A DNA stretch of 64,000 nucleotides, taken from the NCBI GenBank assembly GCA_025454815.1, contig JALONR010000007.1, positions 70,010 through 134,009 of the forward strand. Direction: 5' to 3'. Source of the stretch: Bacteroidales bacterium (lineage in GTDB: Bacteria > Bacteroidota > Bacteroidia > Bacteroidales > VadinHA17). A model generated the notes under the pieces. It ran no database searches. It was not told the origin of the DNA and worked only from the letters and a program-made list of their open reading frames with translations. Shown here in pieces: positions 8,523 through 17,896 of the stretch. The translations under genes were made by a program, and so were the position numbers. Each line of letters opens with the position of its first letter. Position 1 is the stretch's first letter.

Positions 8523-10142
8523 GAATCCCCTGCCAAACATCTGCCATAGTTCTGCCTTCAGCTCCTGCCAGCGGCTCATGGCTCCATGAGCAAATGCATT
8601 GGTATATTCTGTTACAGCCTTCCTGGCCTCATCTTTTTTACCCTCCTTTACCATAATTTTGACTCTCTCCTCGAGTGCCGGAAGTTCGGTCAGTGCTTTC
8701 TGTTCCATATCGGCAACAGCCGGTTCAATCAGTTTACGGCCCCGTTCCCAGTTGACTGTCGACAGCCTGTTGGCTTCGCGGAATGCCCAGATGGCTGCAT
8801 CCTCGCGGTAGCGGTGTTGTCCGCATATGCGGAAGCTTGGCGGCAGAGCCATGGTGCCCGAGAAGATTGGTACACGCGGACTCTGCCCCGGGTTGTCAAA
8901 CGAGAACCATGCCACGGCGCCTACCTCATCGGGCAGCCATGAGCGGCACTGGATCACGTGGGAATAGGAACAGCCCGTGATGGCAATCGTACGCTGCCTC
9001 TCTATCGTGCCTGGCTTCAGCTCGTTGATCAGGGTACGGATGTCTGCGTTCATCCAGATGTTTATTGCGGGCGACTTGACAGTCTCGCTGATCTCGTTTC
9101 CGGCTTCGTCCTTTTTCTTTACGGTGATCATCAGGTTCTTAGTCATGTCCCATTGGGTTCCCTCATAGGTCTCGCGGAAGAGAGCCATCACGTCACTTAC
9201 GGAAAGCTTTTTATCGGCCTTCACCGAGAAGGGAAGCTCTTCCATTTCCATGGTCAGGTTCAGTCCGGGTGCCAGTTTATTCAGCACATAGAACTCGCGG
9301 ATAGCATATGGTTTGCCGGTGCCGATCACCTTGTAGAATTTGAACGGCTCCCTGCCGTCCCAGTAACCCAGGTCCTTTGCCTTCTTGCGCAGGTCAGTGG
9401 AGGTCATGAAGTGATCGGCGTCCTTGAAATCAACATCTGAAATTCTTGGGATATTGGCTGCAATGCCAACGTGGTCATCAGGGATCCTCTGTGCCACCCA
9501 CAGTGACGATGGCTTGCCGGGCCCTGAGCCGGCTATCTCCAGCTGCCACACCTCCTTAGGGTCGGCTATCGTGATGCATTCGGCCATGTCACCGTAGCCG
9601 TACTGCTCAGCAAGCGAGCCGATCAGGGCTATTGCCTGGCGTGCCGTGGTGCAGCGCTGCAGCGCGATTTTCTCAAGTTCCTCAATAAGGAAGAGCCCAT
9701 CCTTGTTGATCAGTTCCTGCCTGCCGTAGATCGTGGTTTCGCCAATGGCAAGCTGCTTTTCGTTGAGACAGGGATAAGCGGTGCTTAGAAATGCGTATGT
9801 CTCCTCTACCTCAGGGATTTCGCCCTTGCGTGTCACGTTGGTCATATCCCAGGCTTCCTCGGTGTGCAACGTTCCCCAATAGACAGGGTGGACCGTATCA
9901 CGCTCAAACTTCATTGCCGGAACCACCTCCAGCCATGTACGGTACCTGCCGTCACAGGTGTGAGAAGTCATCACAGAACCGTCAGTGGAGGCCAGCCGAC
10001 CAACCATTATGCTGGTGCAGTTTTCGGCGTAGCCGGGTCCGTCAGGATCCGTATCCTTTTCCGGCTGTGAATAGGAAACAGGTGCAAAACTTAGCAACAG
10101 GACCGTCAGAGCGGCGGAGATGAATCGGTAAGATGGTTTCAT
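8520..10142 (-). CDS. C69-family dipeptidase (secreted)
   Basis: The track ORF extends to 10166 (TTG). The ATG at 10142 gives the signal peptide 'MKPSYRFISAALTVLLLSFAPVSYSQ'. The Ntn-type catalytic-Cys context 'NCTSIMVGRLASTDGSVMTSHTCDG' is typical of C69. Confidence 0.8.
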   Translation of the reverse strand: MKPSYRFISAALTVLLLSFAPVSYSQPEKDTDPDGPGYAENCTSIMVGRLASTDGSVMTSHTCDGRYRTWLEVVPAMKFERDTVHPVYWGTLHTEEAWDMTNVTRKGEIPEVEETYAFLSTAYPCLNEKQLAIGETTIYGRQELINKDGLFLIEELEKIALQRCTTARQAIALIGSLAEQYGYGDMAECITIADPKEVWQLEIAGSGPGKPSSLWVAQRIPDDHVGIAANIPRISDVDFKDADHFMTSTDLRKKAKDLGYWDGREPFKFYKVIGTGKPYAIREFYVLNKLAPGLNLTMEMEELPFSVKADKKLSVSDVMALFRETYEGTQWDMTKNLMITVKKKDEAGNEISETVKSPAINIWMNADIRTLINELKPGTIERQRTIAITGCSYSHVIQCRSWLPDEVGAVAWFSFDNPGQSPRVPIFSGTMALPPSFRICGQHRYREDAAIWAFREANRLSTVNWERGRKLIEPAVADMEQKALTELPALEERVKIMVKEGKKDEARKAVTEYTNAFAHGAMSRWQELKAELWQMFGRGF

Positions 10143-10414
10143 AGTTAAATAGTTACAGTACAACAATGATGGTCATAAAGGTCAAATCCGTTTATTGAAA
10201 CATAAGCTTATAAACCGGGCAGATTAACCGGTACAGCTCACAAAATGCCTGACCGGCTGTTTACCCATATGTCACAAAAATAGTCGGGTTGCCGTAACAA
10301 CCCGCCATAAAGATAATATTATGCAACATACAGGCGGTCTAAAGTGAATTGTATTACATATCATTTGGTAAGTTTCAAAATGTTTCTACCTTTCCTGCAA
10401 CAGAGACCCCCGTT

Positions 10415-12526
10415 ATGATCAATGCTAAATTATTGAATCCTAAAAGTATAGTCGTTGTTGGCGGTTCAGATGATGTCACCAAGGCCGGAGGCAAGGTACT
10501 AAAGAATCTTTTGGACTGCGGATTCCACGGCAATATCTATGTTGTCAATCCCAAAGCACCTGTTGTTCAGGGTCTGACAGCCCACGCAGATGTATCACTG
10601 CTCCCCCGTACAGACCTTGCAGTGATTGCCGTTGCCGCCCGCTACTGTCCGGGAATTGTCAGGACGCTGGCAACAGAGAAGGGGACAGGAGGATTTATTA
10701 TTCTCTCTGCCGGTTTCGGCGAGGAAGATGAAGAGGGAGCTGCCCTTGAAAAAGAGATAGTTGATATCATCAACAGCACCGGAGGCACACTCATCGGGCC
10801 TAATTGCATTGGCTTTCTGAATAATAATTATCACGGTGTCTTCACCGAGCCCATCCCCCGTCTCTCGATCAAAGGGATTGACTTTATTTCGGGCTCGGGG
10901 GCGACGGCGGTATTTATCCTTGAGACTGCCATTACCGGCGGACTCCCTTTTTCAAGCGTATGGTCTGTAGGGAACAGCGCCCAGACCGGCGTGGAGGATG
11001 TTCTGGAACATCTCGATAATACTTTTGACCCGCTGACCAGCTCACGGATCAAGCTTCTGTACATTGAAAATATTGCCGATCCGATGCGGTTCCTGAGGCA
11101 CTCGGCTTCGCTTATCAGAAAGGGGTGCAGGATTGCTGCCATCAAAGCCGGCTCGTCAGAAGCGGGTTCCAGGGCTGCTTCGTCTCATACCGGTGCTATG
11201 GCCTCCCCTGATTCGGCAGTCGATGCACTTCTGCGAAAGGCAGGAATCGTCAGGTGTTACAGCCGTGCCGACCTTGCTGCAGTGGCTGCATTGTTTACAT
11301 ATAAACCGCTAAAGGGTAAAAGAATAGCTATTGTAACCCATGCCGGAGGACCTGCCGTCATGCTTACAGATGCACTCAGCGAAGGAGGGATGGAGATACC
11401 CCGCCTGTCGGGACCTGCTGCAGACCGGCTTCTGGAAAAACTTTACCCCGGATCATCTGTGGCAAATCCCATTGATTTTCTGGCAACCGGAACTGCTGAA
11501 CAGCTGGGTCATATTCTTGACGCGTGTGAGAACGACTTTGACGAGGTGGATGCAATGGCAGTAATCTTCGGAAGTCCCGGGCTCTTCCCTGTAGATGATG
11601 TCTACAGCCTCCTTCATGACAAGATACGCAGTTGCCGTAAGCCGATATACCCGGTACTGCCTTCGGTGATAAATGTAAAAAGGGAAATAGCCGAATTTAT
11701 AGCTCATGGGAATGCAATATTCACTGACGAGGTGCTCTTCGGGAGGGCGCTATGCCGGGTCAATGCAACCCCTGCGCCGGCCGTGCCGGAGAGAATTGAG
11801 GATATCACCGCCGGATCAACTGGTTTGAACGGCGGCTACCCGCAACCGGACATAAGGGTGATCAGGGAGGTCATCGATGGGTCCCGGGATGGATACCTGC
11901 CACCGGAAAAAGTATCTGCTCTGCTGAGGGCTGCCGGCATAGAGACGGTTTCCGAGAGTGTTGTCACCTCGGCCGAAGCGGCCGCCAGGACTGCCGCAGC
12001 TATGGGCTACCCGGTGGTGATGAAGGTTGTGGGCCCTGTACATAAATCGGATATCGGTGGTGTGGCACTTAACATCATCAATGAGGAGAAGGTCAGGGAG
12101 GAGTTTGGACGAATGATGGCACTGCCGGAGGTTACCGGTATACTGATACAAAAGATGATCAGCGGGCGCGAACTATTCTGCGGCGCCACCCGCGAGGGCC
12201 GCTTCGGCCACATGGTCATGGCAGGTTTGGGCGGAATCTTTATTGAGGTATTCAGGGATGTGGCCAAGGCGCTGGTACCCGTCTCAGACAGTGAAGCCAG
12301 GTTAATGATCAGGTCTCTGAAGTCATACAAGATAATCAAGGGTGTCAGAGGTTCAGAAGGGGTCAACGAAGAGGGGTTTGCCAGGGTAATCACCTCCCTC
12401 TCGGACCTCCTTGCCGCTGCCCCCGAAATTGAGGAGATGGATATCAATCCGTTGCTGGGTACGGCTGACAGGATAGTGGCGGTGGATGCACGAATAAGAA
12501 TTCAGGCAATAGGCAAAGGGCAGTAG
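10415..12526 (+). CDS. ADP-forming acetyl/acyl-CoA synthetase (acetate--CoA ligase family, fused CoA-binding + ATP-grasp)
   Basis: The ATG at 10415 gives 'MINAKLLNPKSIVVVGGSDD', the family's usual N-terminus. It also has 'GPNCIGF', 'SSHTGAMASPD' and the C-terminal ATP-grasp segment 'GYPVVMKVVGPVHKSDIGGV'. Confidence 0.85.
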   Translation: MINAKLLNPKSIVVVGGSDDVTKAGGKVLKNLLDCGFHGNIYVVNPKAPVVQGLTAHADVSLLPRTDLAVIAVAARYCPGIVRTLATEKGTGGFIILSAGFGEEDEEGAALEKEIVDIINSTGGTLIGPNCIGFLNNNYHGVFTEPIPRLSIKGIDFISGSGATAVFILETAITGGLPFSSVWSVGNSAQTGVEDVLEHLDNTFDPLTSSRIKLLYIENIADPMRFLRHSASLIRKGCRIAAIKAGSSEAGSRAASSHTGAMASPDSAVDALLRKAGIVRCYSRADLAAVAALFTYKPLKGKRIAIVTHAGGPAVMLTDALSEGGMEIPRLSGPAADRLLEKLYPGSSVANPIDFLATGTAEQLGHILDACENDFDEVDAMAVIFGSPGLFPVDDVYSLLHDKIRSCRKPIYPVLPSVINVKREIAEFIAHGNAIFTDEVLFGRALCRVNATPAPAVPERIEDITAGSTGLNGGYPQPDIRVIREVIDGSRDGYLPPEKVSALLRAAGIETVSESVVTSAEAAARTAAAMGYPVVMKVVGPVHKSDIGGVALNIINEEKVREEFGRMMALPEVTGILIQKMISGRELFCGATREGRFGHMVMAGLGGIFIEVFRDVAKALVPVSDSEARLMIRSLKSYKIIKGVRGSEGVNEEGFARVITSLSDLLAAAPEIEEMDINPLLGTADRIVAVDARIRIQAIGKGQ

Positions 12527-12548
12527 TGATGTAAAATTGCAAATCCAC

Positions 12549-13250
12549 ATGAAGCGTTCTGATATTATTTTCGTTCTCGTCTTTGTCGGGCTGTTTGTCC
12601 CGTTTTTTCTTTCTGACAGACTGTTTGATTTTTTCATCTGGTTCAGTTCCGACTGGGCATTTACTGCAAGCTTCATAAAGTTTGCCATTCTCGCCACGAT
12701 GGGAGAGATGCTCGGCAGCAGGATCCGCACCGGCATTTATCTTCCTGCGGGTCTTGCACTGCTTTACAGGGCTGTTGTATGGGGCTTCCTCGGCATGACC
12801 GTAAAGGCTGCCTTTATGATCTTTGGCGGCGGCACACCGCTTATTATGGAACACCTGGGTATGGAGAACCCGGCAGCAGTCATGGCCGGCCCGGTGACCG
12901 GCGCCAGGGTGTTGCTCGCCTTTGCCATCAGCACCTTCCTGAATATCTTTTATGCACCGGTTCTTATGGTTACCCACCGTATAAGTGACCTCCATATTGC
13001 CGCCGCGGCAGGAAACAGGCACAAACTGCTGTCGGTCCCCGATGTGAAAGGACTTCTCGCATCAATAGACTGGAACAGCATGTGGGGCATTGTGCTGAAA
13101 AGAAGCATCCCCCTGTTCTGGATACCGGCACAGACGGTCAACTTCCTCCTGCCTGATGAGTTCAGGATACTCGTTGCAGCCCTCTACAGCACCGTCCTTG
13201 GAGTGATACTGGCCCTGGCGTCGGGAGCAGGAAGGAGGCCTGAGGTCTGA
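12549..13250 (+). CDS. Integral membrane protein, Mpv17/PMP22-like
   Basis: Several hydrophobic segments are visible. The C-terminal 'FWIPAQTVNFLLPDEFRILVAALYSTVLGV' resembles the Mpv17/PMP22 signature W-x-P-x-Q-x-x-NF-x-x-P. The start is ambiguous (12537 or 12549). The last codons and the stop lie inside the TGAGGTC repeat. Confidence 0.55.
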   Translation: MKRSDIIFVLVFVGLFVPFFLSDRLFDFFIWFSSDWAFTASFIKFAILATMGEMLGSRIRTGIYLPAGLALLYRAVVWGFLGMTVKAAFMIFGGGTPLIMEHLGMENPAAVMAGPVTGARVLLAFAISTFLNIFYAPVLMVTHRISDLHIAAAAGNRHKLLSVPDVKGLLASIDWNSMWGIVLKRSIPLFWIPAQTVNFLLPDEFRILVAALYSTVLGVILALASGAGRRPEV

Positions 13251-13322
13251 GGTCTGAAGTCTGAGGTCTGAAGTCTGAGGTCTGAAGGTCTGAGGGTCTG
13301 AGGGTGTGAGGGTCTGAGGGTC
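13241..13322 (+). repeat. Heptamer-to-octamer microsatellite (TGAGGTC/TGAAGTC x6, then TGAGGGTC-type x5)
   Basis: Eleven contiguous units read directly. They start at 13241, 13248, 13255, 13262, 13269, 13276 (7 nt) and 13283, 13291, 13299, 13307, 13315 (8 nt). The TGA of unit 2 (13248-13250) is the stop codon of the upstream gene. Confidence 0.95.
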
Positions 13323-13450
13323 CCAATAAATTAAGAATTTCATATGGTTTCCAACCATGAGACCTTGCGATCTTTGGACTTTCAGACTATTATGAAATAT
13401 GACAAATAGCAGCTATCGGTCTCTTATAAATTTTTATCTTAGGGCCTGAG

Positions 13451-14797
13451 ATGAGGGCACTAAATGGAAAATTTATGAAAAATACCCCCATTAATCGTCA
13501 AACAGTAAGCAACGCCATAGTTACCAGCGGGATCACGGATCTCGGTCGCGCAAGCATCAGGGAGATAGTCAAGCTGGTGAACGTGCTCCGCCGCGAGACA
13601 GGTGAGGAATTCATCCGGATGGAGATGGGTGTACCAGGCCTCCCCTCGGCAGAGGTGGGTGTCAGGGCAGAGATAGAAGCCCTGAGAAGGGGTGTTGCCT
13701 CAGACTACCCTGATATCGAAGGGCTGCCTGAGATGAAAACTGAAGCATCAAAATTTGTGAAGAATTTCCTCGATGTGGATGTGAAACCGGAATGCTGCGT
13801 ACCTACCGGAGGCGCAATGATGGGAGGGATGGCAAGCTTCATGGTGGCCAACCGCAATGACCGGACAAAAGAGGGCACACTCTTCATTGACCCCGGTTTC
13901 CCGGTGCAGAAGACCCAGACCCGGATACTCGGCCAGGACTTCAGGTCATTTGACGTATACAACTACCGCGGTGACAAACTGGGACCGAAGCTGGAGTCAA
14001 TCCTTGAGTGCGGAAAGGTATCGACACTTCTGTACTCCAACCCCAATAATCCTTCCTGGATATGCTTCACCGAGGAAGAGCTGAAGACAATAGGCACACT
14101 GGCACGCAAATATGATGTCATAGTGATAGAGGACCTGGCCTACTTCGGGATGGATTTCCGCGAGAACTATTCCGTTCCCGGTCAGCCTCCCTTCCAGCCT
14201 ACGGTGGCCAGATACTGTGACGACTATATCCTTCTGATATCCAGTTCAAAGATATTCAGTTACGCGGGACAGAGGATAGGCCTTCTGGTGATGTCTGACC
14301 ATCTCTACAACCGGCGTTACCCCGACCTTCTCCGTTATTACAGCTCTGAAATCTTTGGAAGGGCGATGATCTTCGGTGCACTATATGCCCTCTCCTCCGG
14401 TGTGAGTCACTCGGCACAGTACGGTTTCACAGCCATACTCAAGGCAGTCAATGAAGGTCTTTATAATTTTGTGGACAATACGAGGGTCTACGGTGAGAAG
14501 GCAGCAAAAATGAAGGATATGTTCATAAGAAACGGTTTCAAAATCGTTTATGACATGGACATCGACAGGCCTGTAGCAGACGGATTTTACTTTACAATCT
14601 CATACCCGGGCATGAGTGGAGGGGAACTGCTTCAGGAGCTTCTTGCATACGGTATCGCGGCAATAACGTTGAACATATGTGGAAGCGAACGGCACGAGGG
14701 ACTCAGGGCATGTGTTTCACAGGTAAGAAGTAGCCAGCTTCCCCTTCTTGAGGAACGTCTGGCACTTTTCAGTGAGAATAATCCAATAGCAAAATAA
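13451..14797 (+). CDS. PLP-dependent aminotransferase, class I/II
   Basis: 448 aa; an alternative in-frame ATG lies at 13475. PLP-lysine context 'SSSKIFSYAGQRIG' and 'YSNPNNPS' are present. It lies directly upstream of the oxoacid:ferredoxin oxidoreductase operon. Confidence 0.8.
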   Translation: MRALNGKFMKNTPINRQTVSNAIVTSGITDLGRASIREIVKLVNVLRRETGEEFIRMEMGVPGLPSAEVGVRAEIEALRRGVASDYPDIEGLPEMKTEASKFVKNFLDVDVKPECCVPTGGAMMGGMASFMVANRNDRTKEGTLFIDPGFPVQKTQTRILGQDFRSFDVYNYRGDKLGPKLESILECGKVSTLLYSNPNNPSWICFTEEELKTIGTLARKYDVIVIEDLAYFGMDFRENYSVPGQPPFQPTVARYCDDYILLISSSKIFSYAGQRIGLLVMSDHLYNRRYPDLLRYYSSEIFGRAMIFGALYALSSGVSHSAQYGFTAILKAVNEGLYNFVDNTRVYGEKAAKMKDMFIRNGFKIVYDMDIDRPVADGFYFTISYPGMSGGELLQELLAYGIAAITLNICGSERHEGLRACVSQVRSSQLPLLEERLALFSENNPIAK

Positions 14798-14831
14798 ATC
14801 ATACTTTTAACGAGAGAAAATTCAAGGAAAA

Positions 14832-15059
14832 ATGGCAAAGATAAAAGGAGCAGTTGTTGTTGACCGCGAGCGGTGCAAGGGTTGCGAGGTGTGTGTGGTA
14901 ACCTGCCCTACAGAAACCCTGGCACTGGCAACGGAAGTGAATTCAAAGGGATATCATTACTGTTATCCGGCTAATCCTGAGGCATGCATTGGCTGTTCCA
15001 ATTGCGCAGTGGTATGTCCTGACGGTTGTATTACCGTTTATAAGGTGAAAATCGGATAA
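14832..15059 (+). CDS. 2-oxoacid:ferredoxin oxidoreductase delta subunit (2x[4Fe-4S] ferredoxin)
   Basis: 75 aa with two CxxCxxCxxxCP motifs: 'CKGCEVCVVTCP' and 'CIGCSNCAVVCP'. Confidence 0.85.
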   Translation: MAKIKGAVVVDRERCKGCEVCVVTCPTETLALATEVNSKGYHYCYPANPEACIGCSNCAVVCPDGCITVYKVKIG

Positions 15060-15172
15060 CGTGACTTTCTGGATCAGAAACTCATAAGGGAGAATGATTG
15101 CGTTTTAAGTTATTCCGTTCAACGGATAAAATAGGCATCAAATAATCAAATGAAAAGAAACATCATACTTTA

Positions 15173-16240
15173 ATGGAAAAGGAACTGAGACTGATGAAAG
15201 GCAACGAAGCTGTAGCCGAGGCGGCTATACGCGCAGGTGCCGACGGTTATTTCGGGTATCCCATCACTCCGCAGAGCGAGATACTTGAATATCTTATGGA
15301 GGCCAACCCCCAGGCAACCACCGGGATGGTGGTACTCCAGGCGGAGAGCGAGGTGGCTGCCATCAATATGGTTTACGGAGGCGCTTCCTGCGGGAAGAAG
15401 GTCATGACATCATCCTCATCCCCCGGCATAAGCCTCAAGCAGGAGGGAATAACCTACATCGCAGGAGCCGAACTGCCGTGTCTTATTGTGAACGTGGTGC
15501 GCGGCGGCCCGGGACTGGGAACCATACAGCCGGCACAGAGCGACTACTTCCAGGCTACAAAGGGTGGAGGACACGGCGACTATCACCTCCTGGTCCTTGC
15601 CCCGGCGTCAGTACAGGAAATGGCTGACTTTGTCGAACTCGGATTTGACCTGGCATTCAAATACAGGAACCCGGTAATGATACTCTCTGATGGTGCCATC
15701 GGGCAGATGATGGAGAAGGTATGGCTCAAGCCGCAGAAGAAGAGATCGGAAGAGATCCTTCCCTGGGCAACCACGGGGAAACCGGCAACACGTGAACGCA
15801 ATATAATAACATCACTTGACCTCGATCCGGGCCGGCAGGAGCACTTCAACCTGAAGCTGATAGCCAAATACCGCGAGATGGAAGAGAAGGAGGTGCGCTT
15901 CGAGGAGTTCATGACCGATGACGCCGAATACATCTTCGTGGCATACGGCACAAGTGCAAGACTGTGCCAGAAGGCACTGCAGCTTGCAAGGGCCGAAGGG
16001 ATCAAGGCAGGGCTGCTCAGACCGATAACACTCTTCCCGTTCCCGAAGAAGAGACTCAATGAGCTCGCTGCCAGTGTGAAGGGAATGCTGGCAGTGGAGA
16101 TGAGCGCCGGACAGATGGTGGAGGACGTGATGCTCTCGGTATGCGGAAAAACAAGAGTAAGCCACTATGGACGAATGGGAGGGATGATCCCTACACCTGA
16201 AGAGGTTTTGGAAAACCTGAAATCATTTATTAAAGGATAA
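15173..16240 (+). CDS. 2-oxoacid:ferredoxin oxidoreductase alpha subunit
   Basis: 355 aa with 'GNEAVAEAAIRAGADGYFGYPITPQSEI', typical of the KorA/VorB/PorA family. Substrate cannot be assigned from sequence alone. Confidence 0.85.
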   Translation: MEKELRLMKGNEAVAEAAIRAGADGYFGYPITPQSEILEYLMEANPQATTGMVVLQAESEVAAINMVYGGASCGKKVMTSSSSPGISLKQEGITYIAGAELPCLIVNVVRGGPGLGTIQPAQSDYFQATKGGGHGDYHLLVLAPASVQEMADFVELGFDLAFKYRNPVMILSDGAIGQMMEKVWLKPQKKRSEEILPWATTGKPATRERNIITSLDLDPGRQEHFNLKLIAKYREMEEKEVRFEEFMTDDAEYIFVAYGTSARLCQKALQLARAEGIKAGLLRPITLFPFPKKRLNELAASVKGMLAVEMSAGQMVEDVMLSVCGKTRVSHYGRMGGMIPTPEEVLENLKSFIKG

Positions 16241-16245
16241 GAGAA

Positions 16246-17022
16246 ATGGCAGAAATTACTTTCAATGATATAATCAAGCCCGAAAACCTGGCATACAAAA
16301 AATCCAGGTTGATGACAGACAACATCCTGTCTTACTGTCCCGGTTGCGGACATGGTACCGCTCACCAGGTCCTGGCTGAGGTGCTGGAGGAAGAAAACCT
16401 CCAGGAAAGGACTATCGGGATAACCCCGGTCGGATGTTCGGTCCTTATGTACAACTATATCGATGTCGATTTCCAGGAGGCCGCCCACGGAAGGGCACCG
16501 GCACTGGCAACTGCCGTCAAACGGCTGATGCCTGATAAGTTTGTATTTACCTACCAGGGCGACGGTGACCTGGCAGCCATTGGTACTGCCGAAACCATTC
16601 ACACCTGCAACAGGGGAGAGAATATCCTTATGCTGTTTATCAACAACGGTATATACGGTATGACAGGTGGCCAGATGGCCCCCACAACCCTGCCAGGTAT
16701 GAAATCATCTACATCACCCTACGGACGCGACGTCTCAATGATGGGTTCTCCCATCAAGATGGCAGACATCGTAGCCATGCTGCCTGGCACATGCTATGTT
16801 ACACGCCAGAGCGTAAACACTGCCGGTGGAGTACGAAAACTCAAAAGAGCCCTGAAAAAAGCAGTCCAGTACCAGAATGAAAAGAGAGGCACATGCTTTA
16901 TTGAGGTGGTCTCAAACTGCCCCTCAGGTTGGAAGATGACCCCTGTTGAGTCAAACAAGTGGATGGAAGAGCATATGTTCCCGTTCTACCCGCTGGGTGA
17001 CATAAAGGTACCGGCCGAATAG
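16246..17022 (+). CDS. 2-oxoacid:ferredoxin oxidoreductase beta subunit (TPP-binding)
   Basis: 258 aa with 'YCPGCGHG' and the TPP motif 'GDGDLAAIG...NNGIYGMTGGQ'. Confidence 0.85.
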   Translation: MAEITFNDIIKPENLAYKKSRLMTDNILSYCPGCGHGTAHQVLAEVLEEENLQERTIGITPVGCSVLMYNYIDVDFQEAAHGRAPALATAVKRLMPDKFVFTYQGDGDLAAIGTAETIHTCNRGENILMLFINNGIYGMTGGQMAPTTLPGMKSSTSPYGRDVSMMGSPIKMADIVAMLPGTCYVTRQSVNTAGGVRKLKRALKKAVQYQNEKRGTCFIEVVSNCPSGWKMTPVESNKWMEEHMFPFYPLGDIKVPAE

Positions 17023-17114
17023 TGGCGGGGTTTAGCCGAATAATGCCACTGTTCAGAATTTGCAGGAAATTATTTACCCCGGCGAAAGTGTAAAACGAAT
17101 CAAATCAACAGATC

Positions 17115-17657
17115 ATGACAGAAGAAATTATAATAGCAGGTTTTGGCGGACAGGGTGTGCTCTCGATGGGAAAGATAATGGCCTATTCAGGCATGATGCA
17201 GGATATGGAGGTTAGCTGGATGCCTTCGTACGGCCCCGAGATGAGGGGCGGCACCGCAAACGTCAACGTGATACTAAGTGATGAACGCATCAGTTCCCCT
17301 ATACTCAGGAGCTTCGATACGGCAATCATCCTCAACCAGCAGAGCATGGACAAGTTCGAGAAATCGGTCAAGCCGGGAGGAACCCTTATCTATGACGGCA
17401 ACGGCATCACCAGGCATCCCGAACGCAAGGACATAACCGTCTACCGTATTGATGCGGCAGAAGAGGCTTCAAAGCTGAAAATGCAGAAGATGTTCAACAT
17501 GTTCGTCCTGGGAGGTTTTATGAAAGTCAAACCCATTCTGAAAACCGAATATGTTCTCAAGGGTCTGAAAAAATCCCTTCCCGAACGGTACCACAATCTC
17601 ATCCCCCTGAACGAGAAGGCCATTGAAAGGGGAATGGAGATTATCAATAAGGTCTGA
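17115..17657 (+). CDS. 2-oxoacid:ferredoxin oxidoreductase gamma subunit
   Basis: 180 aa with 'IIIAGFGGQGVLSMGKI...YGPEMRGG', the gamma-subunit signature. Confidence 0.85.
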   Translation: MTEEIIIAGFGGQGVLSMGKIMAYSGMMQDMEVSWMPSYGPEMRGGTANVNVILSDERISSPILRSFDTAIILNQQSMDKFEKSVKPGGTLIYDGNGITRHPERKDITVYRIDAAEEASKLKMQKMFNMFVLGGFMKVKPILKTEYVLKGLKKSLPERYHNLIPLNEKAIERGMEIINKV

Positions 17658-17832
17658 ATATAAAGTCAGCAGTCAGCAGGTTGACATCATAATATTGCAG
17701 CTGAAAAGTTTAAAGCAGATTTTGAGATACTGGCGGGTTCAATTACGAAGTTGCCGACCTGTAGCATGCCCTTCTGGCCGGCCCCTGACCCGGCATCCAG
17801 GGATTAATGAGGAACATGCGTAAATAATTTGG

Positions 17833-17881
17833 CTCATAACCATAAAAACATTAAAAAATGTAATATATTTGTGGTTATGGG
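17833..17881. repeat. Imperfect inverted repeat (14-nt arms, 12/14 complementary) in the AT-rich region upstream of the ATPase gene
   Basis: The left arm CTCATAACCATAAA (17833-17846) is near-complementary to the right arm TTTGTGGTTATGGG (17868-17881), with a 21-nt AT-rich spacer. It ends 16 nt before the ATG at 17897. Confidence 0.5.
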
Positions 17882-17896
17882 CATAAGAATTATTTA

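Noticed and set aside
13241-13322. Alternative genetic code or TGA recoding as an explanation for TGA-rich sequence after genes
   Set aside because: TGA, TAA and TAG all terminate well-conserved proteins at their expected lengths throughout the window (ribF TGA, hydG TAA, ACS TAG and others). The standard bacterial code fits.
13062-13358. ORFs reading through the tandem arrays (13062-13358 minus, 19026-19286 plus, 21459-21902 plus, 58392-58604 minus, 58642-59019 minus)
   Set aside because: Their open frames exist only because the repeat units lack stops on that strand. The translations are periodic repeat peptides ('DLRLQTSDLR', 'LPTGTAYCRLV') or antisense to real genes.
17665-17680. Two-copy heptamer duplications just after stop codons (GTCAGCA x2 at 17665-17678 after korC; GTCGATC x2 at 47642-47655 after the ABC transporter)
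   Set aside because: Adjacent duplication of a 7-mer is expected about 64000 x 4^-7, or roughly 4 times, in a window this size by chance. They are suggestive given the larger arrays but not individually supportable.
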